Shown: positions 9,701 through 18,035 of the stretch, piece after piece
Layout: each line of letters opens with the position of its first letter
Position numbering within the stretch: the stretch's first letter is position 1
Assembly (NCBI GenBank): GCA_018650165.1
Contig: JABIGM010000019.1
Span: 1 to 36,108, forward strand
DNA: 36,108 bases
Direction: 5' to 3'
From: Methanobacteriota archaeon
Lineage (GTDB): Archaea > Thermoplasmatota > Poseidoniia > Poseidoniales > Poseidoniaceae
Made by a program: the position numbers and the translations under genes
Notes under the pieces: model-generated
Database searches by the model: none
Seen by the model: the letters and a program-made list of their open reading frames with translations, nothing else
Told to the model about the DNA's origin: nothing

Positions 9701-9799
9701 AGCACCAGGAATCATCAAGATAGTGAGGATAAAAACGGCTAAGTGCACCTTATTTCGGCGTGAAACTAGGACCTTTGATAGGGCTTCGAACTCAGCCAT
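6728..9799 (-). CDS. MMPL/RND family exporter
   Basis: Two repeats of TM + large extracytoplasmic loop + 5 TM, with GIDDSLH and GVGIDYCIH motifs. Confidence 0.9.
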   Translation of the reverse strand: MAEFEALSKVLVSRRNKVHLAVFILTILMIPGALKALEPIDMESYDMESPELTAERKINDEFATTEIILGFVVSVRDPAAVGSTPVPVPLLEDGTPDWSSLPPADEAIDAGEEWVGITDTDGGILNLTILREIQSKHQIVHDHALGNYTKPFINDVTGLQTSGVMSLADIFRGFMANESILTHPTMTLAGLEPAQTNWDDCGILECLTFEDEDLTQAHIDLAASRMAAANGSAFLRWLSLDRGFVKASENTGIVGGPIGGALNEDGTWRNAEPGPGRWSASASWLLVQLDRAALEEVGWTTIWKDAHPEKEISFTDDGLVIGGYRLDGMELVLQPPEYTSEYCLGLDNMCSLEWSVMHLEGSLRSHDNNSLTLVVGQAVNVEVNRELQNSGGLIFGMGIAIIFLLYASLRRWSDVAIVSLSLGGALLWMQGLIGHSASLLGWLGIDLISRSQFSNLLPILVLALGIDDSLHALHRYKEERNLGNSPQSAGRITVNRVGRAIILTSLTTMAAFGANLFSDVAALRSFGLEAGLGILAAFLLTGIWAPLLRISFDEWLEKRGKNSSPKIKRNIIRTDMLQKIAIKSGTGSRPIIIAGICLLLTIPAAWGMVNLEGEFSVDDFLDEDSDFAFGVDMVNERFSDEGEPAMLLIEGDVADPEVFRAIDDFRQNADKGLDGGIDKMTRQPDGKVDILAIDEFVIYASASMVSNPEPFWGHGFNESGCEQIGILNAPNLDDRDCIVFFYGVLTLDGVPGTEIPSSLIDLYIAPSETPDPERVWLSESGKNISYDMMLIRFGITSPDDFPSMGPGIDKIKSDLGPLLNLSSGTWEEEGASEDDKPLTWVMLTGKPITRFVASDKMQSEMQSSLLLGSLFVLITLSIGFRSVKQAIVSLTPILLVVVWLYGLIYAFGYSLNIVTVTIATISLGVGIDYCIHVTERYREGREKGGNHRQALHGVGGACALALVGSAISDVAGFSIIATSSMGLFNTFGLFSAMMIVLSLIASMVLTTAALGIIEPKTKSTQEE

Positions 9800-9868
9800 T
9801 GTTTACCCCCCTATCTTCTTGTTATTGAACAGTTGTATTCATTTGTGTGATATGTGACGCAGGTTTGG

Positions 9869-9952
9869 GCGGGGGTCGCCCAGCTTGGTCAACGGCGGTG
9901 GGTTTAGGTCCCATTTCTTATTGATTCGCAGGTTCGAATCCTGCCCCCCGCA
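9869..9952 (+). tRNA. tRNA-Leu (anticodon TAG)
   Basis: Acceptor GCGGGGG/CCCCCGC, anticodon arm GTGGG-TTTAGGT-CCCAT, long variable arm, T arm GCAGG-TTCGAAT-CCTGC, discriminator A; CCA not encoded. Confidence 0.95.
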
Positions 9953-10053
9953 TCTCTTTTAGCATCTCTTTCATTCTTGGTAAGTTTGTATTGTGAATAA
10001 TTTACAACTTAGTAATAGGTACATACATAGTGTAGTCCTTTCTCCCTAAATTT

Positions 10054-10590
<537 letters not shown>

Positions 10591-12669
10591 TCAAACAGGA
10601 GATAGGTCAAGAGCTCCTGACCAAATATCAAGGCCTCTAAGTCTGCAGTCAAACCGTTGACCAAGTTCTAAAACCGAACTACCATTTTCTCTCTCAACTT
10701 TCAGCCCATATTGATCGATCATCAAGCGTTCCTTACCACCCAACTGGCTCAAATGCATACGTCCTTCAAACGAACCATCATCTTCGAGATCCAAATATAT
10801 CCATGGGCTACGAAGACCTACCACTCTCGCATTCCAAGTCGAACCTTCTTCAGTATTGATTAGGTGCATGTTACAAGTACTTGCAACTAATTCCCATTCG
10901 AGTTTCTTAGCTTGCCTAGAACGGGTCGAGCAATGTTCTGAAATTTCTTCGACTTCTTCGAATGTATGGGTCCAGTCTTTACTTTCAAGCAATGATTTCA
11001 ACTGACGATGGGCCACTAGGTCTGGATACCTTCGTATAGGGGATGTGAAATGGACATAGGCATCCAAATCGAGACCAAAATGTCCAATATTTTCTTCACT
11101 GTAAATCGCCCTTTGCATTAATTGAAATAGCCCCTGATCTACAACCCGGCGCTTAATCTCAGAGAGTTCTGATGCTGCTGATTGGGCATTTCTCAAAGCC
11201 TGTAGCATTTCTGAGCGAGCCTGAGAATCAACAACACTTGAGAGATAGTTACCATCTATGACTTCAACAGTCTCTTCATTATCAAAAGATAGGCCGGCAT
11301 CAGCCCAAGCAGAAAGCAAATTCATTGTTTCAGTAGTTTCAGTCTCCCCGGTTTTTCTATGCGATGGCATTGGCAATTCAATATCCACATCTAAGCACTC
11401 TAGTTTAGCATTTAGAGATTCAACCTCGGGAGAATCCGGTGGCGAATGACATCTCCATGGTAGTGCGGATTCAGCATCTCCCAATAGATGTCCAACCGCT
11501 TCATTCGTTGCAACCATAAAAGCCTCAATCATTTCAGTAGCCTCATTTGGCCATTTCACTTCAAGAGTTATTTCATCCCCATTAATCCGAGGACGCCTTT
11601 CCGCTCCAGCGATGTCAAGACCGATTCTTTTTGCCCGCATCATTTTTGATAACTTCATCATTTCAGGGAATAGATTTCCTTCAATGACATCATCATATGA
11701 CAAATTTTGTTTTACACGGATTAGTGCTTGGTGCGCCTTGGTCGACACTACCCTTGCCTCATTAATTTTCATTTCAATAACCATTGCGTATCTATCGGCA
11801 TCATCTCTCAACGAACATAAATCATCAGCTAAACGTGGAGGCAGCATTGGAAGTACACAATGAGGAAGATATACGCTTGTAGCCCTTTCTCTGGCATATC
11901 TGTCAAGTGATGTATCGGGCTTGACATAGTGAGCAACATCTGCAATGGCGACCCATAATGTATCTTCAATAAGGCATACAGCATCATCAAAATCTCTTGC
12001 ATCAGGAGGATCAATTGTAGTGAATGGTATGTGTCGTAAATCAACTCTATTCTCTGACATCACAGGTTCGGGTAATTTCGCTGCAAATTCGATTAAATCA
12101 TCTCGATATATTCTCGGAAATGGGTTTGTCCCCATCTTTGTTCGATAAGCCAATCTAGCATCTAACATTTCTTCTGGAGTGAAACTGTCACGCATTAGCC
12201 ATGCCATAGATACCAGTGGGTCTGGGAATCGTAGTTTGGCTTCAGATTTCGCAACTTTCTCTAATTGTTTTGTCATATCAAAGCCAAGATATGTTCGCAA
12301 CACCTCCCCCTCCAATAATGAGAAATCATCAGGGAGACTCTCTCCCCTCAAAGTTGCAAGCATCGCACCTTCGTGTAATTGGTGTTGTGATGTCCTTACC
12401 GCTGCTTCAATTTCCTCTCTTTGTTGGGTCGAACGCAAAGAGAAATCATTTGTATCTCCAATAAACAATTCACCTTTTCGACAAGCATGTACAATAGTTT
12501 CTTGAATCTGAGAGTGTAATTGTTTTTCAGTTAATTTAAGATTAGATTCTTTCGATAAGATTGTACTAAGTGCCAAATCAACCGATAAGTTCCTCTCTAG
12601 ACCATGTGAAATCAATCTTCGATAAAGACGTTCATCAGGGGGACTTACCTTTCCCTTACGCCTTTTCAC
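10591..12669 (-). CDS. RNase II/R family (RNB domain) exoribonuclease with C-terminal S1 domain
   Basis: [13 protein letters not shown] (catalytic Asp cluster), [19 protein letters not shown]...[16 protein letters not shown]1-like C-terminus; GTG start overlapping the dnaJ stop. Confidence 0.92.
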   Translation of the reverse strand: MKRRKGKVSPPDERLYRRLISHGLERNLSVDLALSTILSKESNLKLTEKQLHSQIQETIVHACRKGELFIGDTNDFSLRSTQQREEIEAAVRTSQHQLHEGAMLATLRGESLPDDFSLLEGEVLRTYLGFDMTKQLEKVAKSEAKLRFPDPLVSMAWLMRDSFTPEEMLDARLAYRTKMGTNPFPRIYRDDLIEFAAKLPEPVMSENRVDLRHIPFTTIDPPDARDFDDAVCLIEDTLWVAIADVAHYVKPDTSLDRYARERATSVYLPHCVLPMLPPRLADDLCSLRDDADRYAMVIEMKINEARVVSTKAHQALIRVKQNLSYDDVIEGNLFPEMMKLSKMMRAKRIGLDIAGAERRPRINGDEITLEVKWPNEATEMIEAFMVATNEAVGHLLGDAESALPWRCHSPPDSPEVESLNAKLECLDVDIELPMPSHRKTGETETTETMNLLSAWADAGLSFDNEETVEVIDGNYLSSVVDSQARSEMLQALRNAQSAASELSEIKRRVVDQGLFQLMQRAIYSEENIGHFGLDLDAYVHFTSPIRRYPDLVAHRQLKSLLESKDWTHTFEEVEEISEHCSTRSRQAKKLEWELVASTCNMHLINTEEGSTWNARVVGLRSPWIYLDLEDDGSFEGRMHLSQLGGKERLMIDQYGLKVERENGSSVLELGQRFDCRLRGLDIWSGALDLSPV

Positions 12670-13529
12670 AAACCCACGTCCTTCAATGCCTGTAAGGCAT
12701 CTATTTGTGATTTGTCAAGTTCATCAAGTTCGTCCAAAATAAATTCAATATCAATCTCTTTCACCCGTTGGCGGTCACCAACTTGCGATAATGGCGGAAT
12801 AGATATTTTCCCCTTTACACCAGAAGGAAGAGTAACAGTAACCTTCCCACCGAGAATCAATGTGGAATATGGGATTTCAACTTCTTTGATAATTCTGCCA
12901 TTATCCCAGCGGCATCCTTCGCCAGGGTCAATTCGAATATTTACGATTAAATCTCCATTAATGCCTTGAGGGTGACCATGGCCTTGGTCTTTAATGCGAA
13001 TCTCCTTGCCATGTTTTACGTTAGGATTTACTTTGACACTCAGGGTGCGACGTTTTCTATCTATACTACCGTGGCTTCCTGGAATTAATTGAGTGTATGT
13101 TAGATTGAAAGAACCACCACTGGCAGCATCTTCGGGGGAAAGGTCGAGCCATGATACAGCATTCTTCCCTCTCTCCTGAGGAGGTCGTGGAGAGTTGTGC
13201 CGTCGTTGCCCCCCGCCCATACTTTTGCCAAACATTTGACCAAGGACATCCTCCATGCCACCCATGCCACCCATGCCGCCAAAGGGGCTGCCTCTACCGC
13301 CGCCAACTCCACCAAACATCTGTTCCTGCTCATGCTTACGGCGGGCTTCAGCCGTACCGATTGAATCGTAAGCGGCTTGTACTTCTTTGAATTTCGCCTC
13401 TGCTGCGGTCGAACCATCGTTACGATCGGGGTGGAATTGCCTTGCAAGTTTGCGAAAAGACTTCTTTATTTCAGCGTCACTGGCTCCCCGTGATACACCG
13501 AGAACCTGATATGGGTCTCGCTCCGCCAT
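12666..13529 (-). CDS. DnaJ-class protein without zinc finger (class II / CbpA-like)
   Basis: J domain DPYQVLGV...FHPDRN with HPD, G/M-rich linker, C-terminal domain (GQGHG...GDLIV); no CxxCxGxG repeats. Confidence 0.9.
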   Translation of the reverse strand: MAERDPYQVLGVSRGASDAEIKKSFRKLARQFHPDRNDGSTAAEAKFKEVQAAYDSIGTAEARRKHEQEQMFGGVGGGRGSPFGGMGGMGGMEDVLGQMFGKSMGGGQRRHNSPRPPQERGKNAVSWLDLSPEDAASGGSFNLTYTQLIPGSHGSIDRKRRTLSVKVNPNVKHGKEIRIKDQGHGHPQGINGDLIVNIRIDPGEGCRWDNGRIIKEVEIPYSTLILGGKVTVTLPSGVKGKISIPPLSQVGDRQRVKEIDIEFILDELDELDKSQIDALQALKDVGL

Positions 13530-13595
13530 GGGTCTATCGAGACACAGGTGTGCTTTGAATCAGTCGATAGCCGGAGCCTATCCGCGCCGCTGAGG

Positions 13596-13619
13596 TTAAA
13601 TGAGGGCCCTAAGTCGCCA
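13596..13619 (+). promoter_or_regulatory. Putative secE-spt5 promoter: TATA box plus GTCGCCA element
   Basis: TTAAATGA (13596-13603), 9 nt, GTCGCCA (13613-13619); SD GAGGTGA follows before ATG 13641. Confidence 0.6.
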
Positions 13620-13640
13620 TGACACCACTGAGGTGAAACC

Positions 13641-13907
13641 ATGTCAGATGACAAGAACCAGACACGCTCCTTCGAGGACAAAGTCCAGGACAAGCAAGAT
13701 GCTATTGAAGCACAATTCCGCAAGATATCTCGCGGAAGCTGGGCTCGTATCATTCGTATGGCTCGAAAGCCTACGCCTCAGGAATTCAAACAAACATCAA
13801 TTATTTGTGGGATTGGACTATTTATCCTAGGTTTTATTGGGTTTGTAATGCTCGTACTGATGGACAATTTCATACCATGGCTTATCCATGATGTATTTGG
13901 TATCTGA
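13641..13907 (+). CDS. secE: Protein translocase SEC61 gamma / SecE
   Basis: RIIRMARKPTPQEFKQT...GIGLFILGFIGF matches the SecE/Sec61g pattern; upstream of spt5 as in the conserved cluster. Confidence 0.92.
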   Translation: MSDDKNQTRSFEDKVQDKQDAIEAQFRKISRGSWARIIRMARKPTPQEFKQTSIICGIGLFILGFIGFVMLVLMDNFIPWLIHDVFGI

Positions 13908-13923
13908 TATTGGAGGGGAAATT

Positions 13924-14862
13924 ATGACTGACGCATTTATCGCATTTGTTCGCCACGAAGAGGAATTATTACTTCTTCATCGCTCTAAATCTGATTCAGA
14001 TTCACCAGGCCTTTGGGACGGTGTGTACGGAATTGGAGATACCGAAGAGGATGTACTTAACCGTGTAGCGGAATGTACCGGAATTCCTCTAGAGGATTTG
14101 GAATATGTTCGTGCAGGACCTGCACTTGGAATTGATATCGGAGGCCGTCTACAAGATATTGCTCCATGCCTAGTAGTATCTTCCAGTAAGGAAGTAACTC
14201 CAACAGGCCGTTACACTGAATCGATCTGGGTTGATCCGGGAAACATTGGTTGGGAAGACCGTGAAAATAACAGAACGAGACACCATGTATTCACAGATCT
14301 AGATATGGAAGGTAGCGAGAAATTGTTGCTGGAGATGTATGGTTCAGTTGCTACTTACCTTTACATCGTAAAGACTGCAATTGGTTCAGAGAAGCGCGTC
14401 GCTGATGAAATGAAAGCTCGTTTGATGGGCTCAGGCTCACTTTCAGCACTTAGCGATGATATATTCGGCATTCTTCATCCAACAGGCATGCGTGGATATG
14501 TAATCGTTGAATCCAGCGCTTCACACCATGTTGAGAAGTTAATCGGGCGTTCTGGTGGTCGTGATCCAAAGGCCCGCCGTGGACTAAATCAAACACCTCT
14601 AAAGAACGCAAAGACTGTTCTTCCAGGAGAGGCAGCACTCAAGGATATCCTACCGTACTTAGAGCCAAAGGCAGTTACCAGCGGCATAGAAGTAGGATGT
14701 ATCGTAGAGATTGTAACAGGAGCATTCAAAGGCGAAAAGGCACGTGTTACTAGTGTCGCAGAAACCAAAGAAGAAGTTAGTATGGAGTTGTATGAACAAC
14801 CTATCCCTATGACCCTAAAGATGCGTGGAGATCATGTCCGCGTCGTCGAGAGAGTCGAATGA
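13924..14862 (+). CDS. spt5: Transcription elongation factor Spt5 (NGN + KOW) fused to an N-terminal Nudix-like domain
   Basis: From about 14356: YIVKTAIGSEKRV, MRGYVIVE (NGN), GCIVEIVTGAFKGEKARV (KOW). First ~140 aa resemble a Nudix fold. GGAGGGG SD before ATG 13924. Confidence 0.9.
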   Translation: MTDAFIAFVRHEEELLLLHRSKSDSDSPGLWDGVYGIGDTEEDVLNRVAECTGIPLEDLEYVRAGPALGIDIGGRLQDIAPCLVVSSSKEVTPTGRYTESIWVDPGNIGWEDRENNRTRHHVFTDLDMEGSEKLLLEMYGSVATYLYIVKTAIGSEKRVADEMKARLMGSGSLSALSDDIFGILHPTGMRGYVIVESSASHHVEKLIGRSGGRDPKARRGLNQTPLKNAKTVLPGEAALKDILPYLEPKAVTSGIEVGCIVEIVTGAFKGEKARVTSVAETKEEVSMELYEQPIPMTLKMRGDHVRVVERVE

Positions 14863-14877
14863 TTGCGCGCGGCGCGA

Positions 14878-14901
14878 TTAAATAGGGGAGGCAAGTCGGC
14901 A
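14878..14901 (+). promoter_or_regulatory. Putative internal promoter for rpl11: TATA box plus GTCGGCA element
   Basis: TTAAATAG (14878-14885), 9 nt, GTCGGCA (14895-14901); GC-rich GCGCGGCGCG upstream in the BRE position. Confidence 0.6.
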
Positions 14902-14940
14902 ACCTGCTCACGTCCGTGTGAGTAACAGAGGTGTACAAAC

Positions 14941-15222
14941 ATGCCAAAGCCTTGGACCAGCCATCTTATCATAAAAGCGCTAGGTGTCAAGAAATGCAAT
15001 GGTAGTCTGGATGCCGCTACTGAGGACTTGAGCCTCGAAAAAGCGATGGACGTCGCTCGCCAAAAGCACAACGACGGCCACTTGACTGGAGCAGACCTGA
15101 AAGCGCAGACCCGTGAGGTCATCGGCACATGTGTGTCAATGCGTGTTAAGATCGATGGACTCTGGGCCAAGGACGCTCTGACCACAATTGAAAAAGGAGA
15201 ATGGGACGAACGATTTGCTTGA
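14941..15222 (+). CDS. rpl11: 50S ribosomal protein L11, C-terminal (rRNA-binding) domain only
   Basis: P.TSHLIIKALGVKK, LSLEKAMDVARQK, DLKAQTREVIGTCVSMRVKIDG, IEKGEWDE match the uL11 CTD; position between spt5 and rpl1; GAGGTG SD. Confidence 0.85.
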   Translation: MPKPWTSHLIIKALGVKKCNGSLDAATEDLSLEKAMDVARQKHNDGHLTGADLKAQTREVIGTCVSMRVKIDGLWAKDALTTIEKGEWDERFA

Positions 15223-15238
15223 ACTGAATCACGGACCA

Positions 15239-15277
15239 CGGTAGAGGGGCTTGTCCCTTCGCAGACCGAAGGGGTGA
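15239..15277 (+). promoter_or_regulatory. Structured rpl1 leader, candidate L1 autoregulatory site
   Basis: CGGT/ACCG and GAGGGG/TCCCTT helices around an asymmetric loop; competing hairpin CCCTTCG/CGAAGGG overlaps the SD GGGGTGA. Confidence 0.4.
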
Positions 15278-15283
15278 ACGGAA

Positions 15284-15928
15284 ATGGAACAGAAAATACA
15301 AGAAGCAATCAAGAACGCTATCGAAGGCGCTCCAGAACGTAAATTTGTTGAATCGTTAGATATGGCATTCACAATCAAAGATGTTGATTTGAAAAACCCT
15401 AACAATCGTATTCAAGAAGAAATCCGCCTACCTGCTGGTCGTGGCAAGCAAATCAAAATTGCAATGTTTGCAGCATCAGATGCTGCAAAGAAAGCAAAAG
15501 ATGCCGGTATCCATGTTATCGATCCATCTGAGATTGAAGAACTTGGAAAGAACAAGGGTAAAGCTAAGAAAATAGCAAACTCGTTTGATTTCTTCCTTTC
15601 AGAAGTCCCTCATATGGGATTGATTGGTCGTTACCTCGGTGTAGTTCTAGGTCCTCGTGGCAAGATGCCCCGTCCAGTTCCACCAGTAGTTGACCCAGCA
15701 GCAATAGCAGCAGGTCTTCAATCCACTACTGTAGTCAAGTCTCGTGACAAGGTTACTTTCCAAACATCGTTTGGAACTCTTGCACAATCTGAAGATGAAT
15801 TATTGAAGAACGCTATGGAAGTTTACACCCGTGTAACATCTCGATTAGAGCGCGGAGTAGGAAACATTCGTTCACTTAACATCAAGACCACAATGGGTCC
15901 AGCAACTAGAGTCGAGGTGGTTAATTGA
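15284..15928 (+). CDS. rpl1: 50S ribosomal protein L1
   Basis: ERKFVESLDM, LPAGRGK, LGVVLGPRGKMP, NIKTTMGP. Confidence 0.97.
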   Translation: MEQKIQEAIKNAIEGAPERKFVESLDMAFTIKDVDLKNPNNRIQEEIRLPAGRGKQIKIAMFAASDAAKKAKDAGIHVIDPSEIEELGKNKGKAKKIANSFDFFLSEVPHMGLIGRYLGVVLGPRGKMPRPVPPVVDPAAIAAGLQSTTVVKSRDKVTFQTSFGTLAQSEDELLKNAMEVYTRVTSRLERGVGNIRSLNIKTTMGPATRVEVVN

Positions 15929-16938
15929 TTCCTAAGGTAGCATCCTGGAAGAAAAACACAGTCTCTGGGCTATCAGAAATGCTTGCTAAAGGTGGTACCT
16001 TTGCAGTAATCGATATTCATGGCGTGCCTGCCGATTCTATGATTGGCATGCGTGCAGGACTTCGTGACAAAGTAAACATTCAAGTTGCAAAAAAGCGTTT
16101 GATGAAGATTGCTTGGGAAGCTGCAGGAAATGATTTTGCAGACCTTGAGGAATTATACTCTTCAGCGGTTCAGCCAGCACTTGTTCAGACAGACATGAAT
16201 TCATTTGAAGTTTTCACAGAACTGAAAGCTACTGAAGCAGGCCGTGCAGCAAAGCCCGGCGACACAGCACCTTACGACATAATTGTTGACAAAATGGACA
16301 CTGGAATGCCACCAGGACCAATTGTTGGAGAATTAAACTCCGTTGGAATCCCTGCTAAAATTGTAAAGGGTAGTGTACAAATTCAAAAGAAGACAACAGT
16401 TCTAACAGAAGGTGAAGCATTCACTGGAGATCTTGGAATGATGCTCTCTAAGATTGGAATCAATCCAATCGTAACCGGTTTGCGACTTTGCGGTACTATC
16501 GAAGATGGTACTCGCTTTGAACCTGCAACTCTAGATATCGACTACGCTAAGTTTGAATCTGATCTAATCAGTTTCGGAGCAGGCGCATTCAATCTGGCTT
16601 GCAACATCCACTGGTTTACCAGTCAAACCGTACCAACACTCCTGTCCAAGGCGAGCGGCGAAGCTCTTGCACTGGCACTGGAGGCTGCAATTGTCACAAC
16701 AGACACTTTGCCGCATCTAATTGGACGTGCAAACCGTGGCGCAATGGGCGTTGCTGGTTCACTGTCTAGCGACGCACTCGATGAAGAGCTGAGCCAACTT
16801 CTTGGCGCAGCCGTTTCTGCTGCAGAATCTGCAGCAGCAGCACCGAGCTCCGATGAAGCCCCTGCCGAGGCTGAAGAGGAAGATGAAGAAGAAGAGGAAG
16901 AGGGCGGTTTCGACGGCCTTGGGTCCTTATTCGGCTGA
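15925..16938 (+). CDS. rplP0: 50S ribosomal protein L10/P0
   Basis: VASWKK, AAKPGDTAP, DTGMPPGPIVGELNSVGIP, acidic tail EEEEGGFDGLGSLFG; TTG start overlapping the rpl1 TGA, with GAGGTGG SD. Confidence 0.96.
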   Translation: MIPKVASWKKNTVSGLSEMLAKGGTFAVIDIHGVPADSMIGMRAGLRDKVNIQVAKKRLMKIAWEAAGNDFADLEELYSSAVQPALVQTDMNSFEVFTELKATEAGRAAKPGDTAPYDIIVDKMDTGMPPGPIVGELNSVGIPAKIVKGSVQIQKKTTVLTEGEAFTGDLGMMLSKIGINPIVTGLRLCGTIEDGTRFEPATLDIDYAKFESDLISFGAGAFNLACNIHWFTSQTVPTLLSKASGEALALALEAAIVTTDTLPHLIGRANRGAMGVAGSLSSDALDEELSQLLGAAVSAAESAAAAPSSDEAPAEAEEEDEEEEEEGGFDGLGSLFG

Positions 16939-16957
16939 AAATTTGAGGTGAAAAAAT

Positions 16958-17257
16958 ATGGAGTACGTATACGCTGCAATGCTTCTGCATTCTGCTGAAA
17001 CTGAGATCGACGAAAAAGCTGTCACTGCTGTCCTAAAGGCTGCTGGTGTAAGTGCTGACTCTGCCCGTGTGAAGGCTCTTGTAGCCTCACTAAGCGGTGT
17101 TGACATAGCTGAAGCAATGGCTACTGCCGTTGCTGCCCCTGCTGCTGCCGCACCTGTTGCGGCTGCCGCTTCCGCTGACGCTGCACCTGCAGAAGAAGCA
17201 GAAGAGGAAGAAGAAGAAGAGGGCGGCTTCGAAGGCCTAGGTTCTCTATTCGGCTGA
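16958..17257 (+). CDS. rpl12: 50S ribosomal protein L12 (P1 stalk protein)
   Basis: [11 protein letters not shown], Ala-rich hinge, [15 protein letters not shown] tail. Confidence 0.97.
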   Translation: MEYVYAAMLLHSAETEIDEKAVTAVLKAAGVSADSARVKALVASLSGVDIAEAMATAVAAPAAAAPVAAAASADAAPAEEAEEEEEEEGGFEGLGSLFG

Positions 17258-17294
17258 AGTCAGACGGAATCGAAACTGATCCAATAGAACACTA

Positions 17295-17528
17295 GAGCCC
17301 ATTAGGGTTCGAGCGTAAGCAGGGTCCAGTTACGGTTACCCAAGCGGTCCACAGTCCGTGGTCAACCTCGCCCACTATTGGGCTGGGGATTGCGGGATAG
17401 ACCGTGAATGGACCATCCACAATCTCCCCTTCCTTGCGAAGGGGGGATTAGTGGCCTTACCAGCATTCGTTTGAGGAATGCACCCCCTATCTTCTTCATA
17501 CCCAACGATTTGGGTTTAGTTAATGCTC
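17295..17528. ncRNA. Candidate structured non-coding RNA, family and strand unresolved
   Basis: Longest non-coding gap in the window, GC-rich, with at least six helices, including a 12-bp stem AATCTCCCCTTC/GAAGGGGGGATT. Confidence 0.45.
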
Positions 17529-17981
17529 AGTCGGAAAGAGTTAGTTCTCGAGGTTTCTACCTCCCCGATTGAGAACATCAAATCTTTTCGAAGAATCACT
17601 GAATCGAATAGTTGGGAGATAACCAGCCACCAAGGTAGCAGATTAGTCGATCGTTTTGCAATCATCATGCCAATGGCCCAAAGTGCCCAAACTCTTGGCC
17701 TGGAAGTATTGGATGGGCCTCTACAGGGATTAGAAATTCATACCTGGGCGGAAACCAAGGGCAGTGCGGGTGCAATCAATATGGCCGCTTGGACTATACC
17801 GGGTGGAGAAGGTAATGAAGAAGCAAGAGAAATTATTCGCGAGTGGACAAAAGGACTCCCCAGATGTCCTTGGAAATGGACCTTCGGTGAAAGAAGTAGA
17901 ATTGGTTATCTATTGCCGGTTTTTCGTAGATCTCGTAAGACCTTTGCAAAGTTAGGTTTGACTGAATGGAATAAGCAATGA
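17523..17981 (+). CDS. Hypothetical protein
   Basis: 152-aa ORF filling the gap, Trp-rich C-terminus; no family recognised. Confidence 0.7.
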   Translation: MLSRKELVLEVSTSPIENIKSFRRITESNSWEITSHQGSRLVDRFAIIMPMAQSAQTLGLEVLDGPLQGLEIHTWAETKGSAGAINMAAWTIPGGEGNEEAREIIREWTKGLPRCPWKWTFGERSRIGYLLPVFRRSRKTFAKLGLTEWNKQ

Positions 17982-18035
17982 ACCAAAACCCTTGGAAACT
18001 ACCACATATTACCCACAGATAACGGAGGAGCGACG

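Noticed and set aside
6728-9799. MMPL/RND exporter as a novel system
   Set aside because: Ordinary two-repeat MMPL architecture and no distinctive partner genes in this window.
9950-9971. GCATCTCTTT repeated at the tRNA-Leu 3' end as an att site
   Set aside because: Only 10 bp, adjacent rather than flanking an element, pyrimidine-rich like a terminator, and no integrase nearby.
13535-13571. CTATCGA/TCGATAG inverted repeat between dnaJ and secE
   Set aside because: 7-bp arms with a 23-nt spacer occur once; not distinguishable from chance without comparative data.
14863-14940. Frameshifted or pseudogenised L11 N-terminal domain
   Set aside because: 78 nt cannot encode the roughly 65-aa NTD, and the interval is fully explained by promoter, hairpin and SD.
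16880-17257. Near-duplicate 3' ends of rplP0 and rpl12 (EEEEGGF.GLGSLFG)
   Set aside because: Established shared C-terminal motif of P0 and P1 stalk proteins; not a repeat element.
17258-17522. SRP (7S) RNA, 5S rRNA, tRNA or cobalamin riboswitch
   Set aside because: No helix-8 CAGG...GGAA...AGCA motif or long rod for SRP, no cloverleaf or 5S pattern, and the B12-like words (GCCAC, CCCGCAA) are in the wrong order. A canonical RNase P call was also withheld because CR-I and P5 do not fit.
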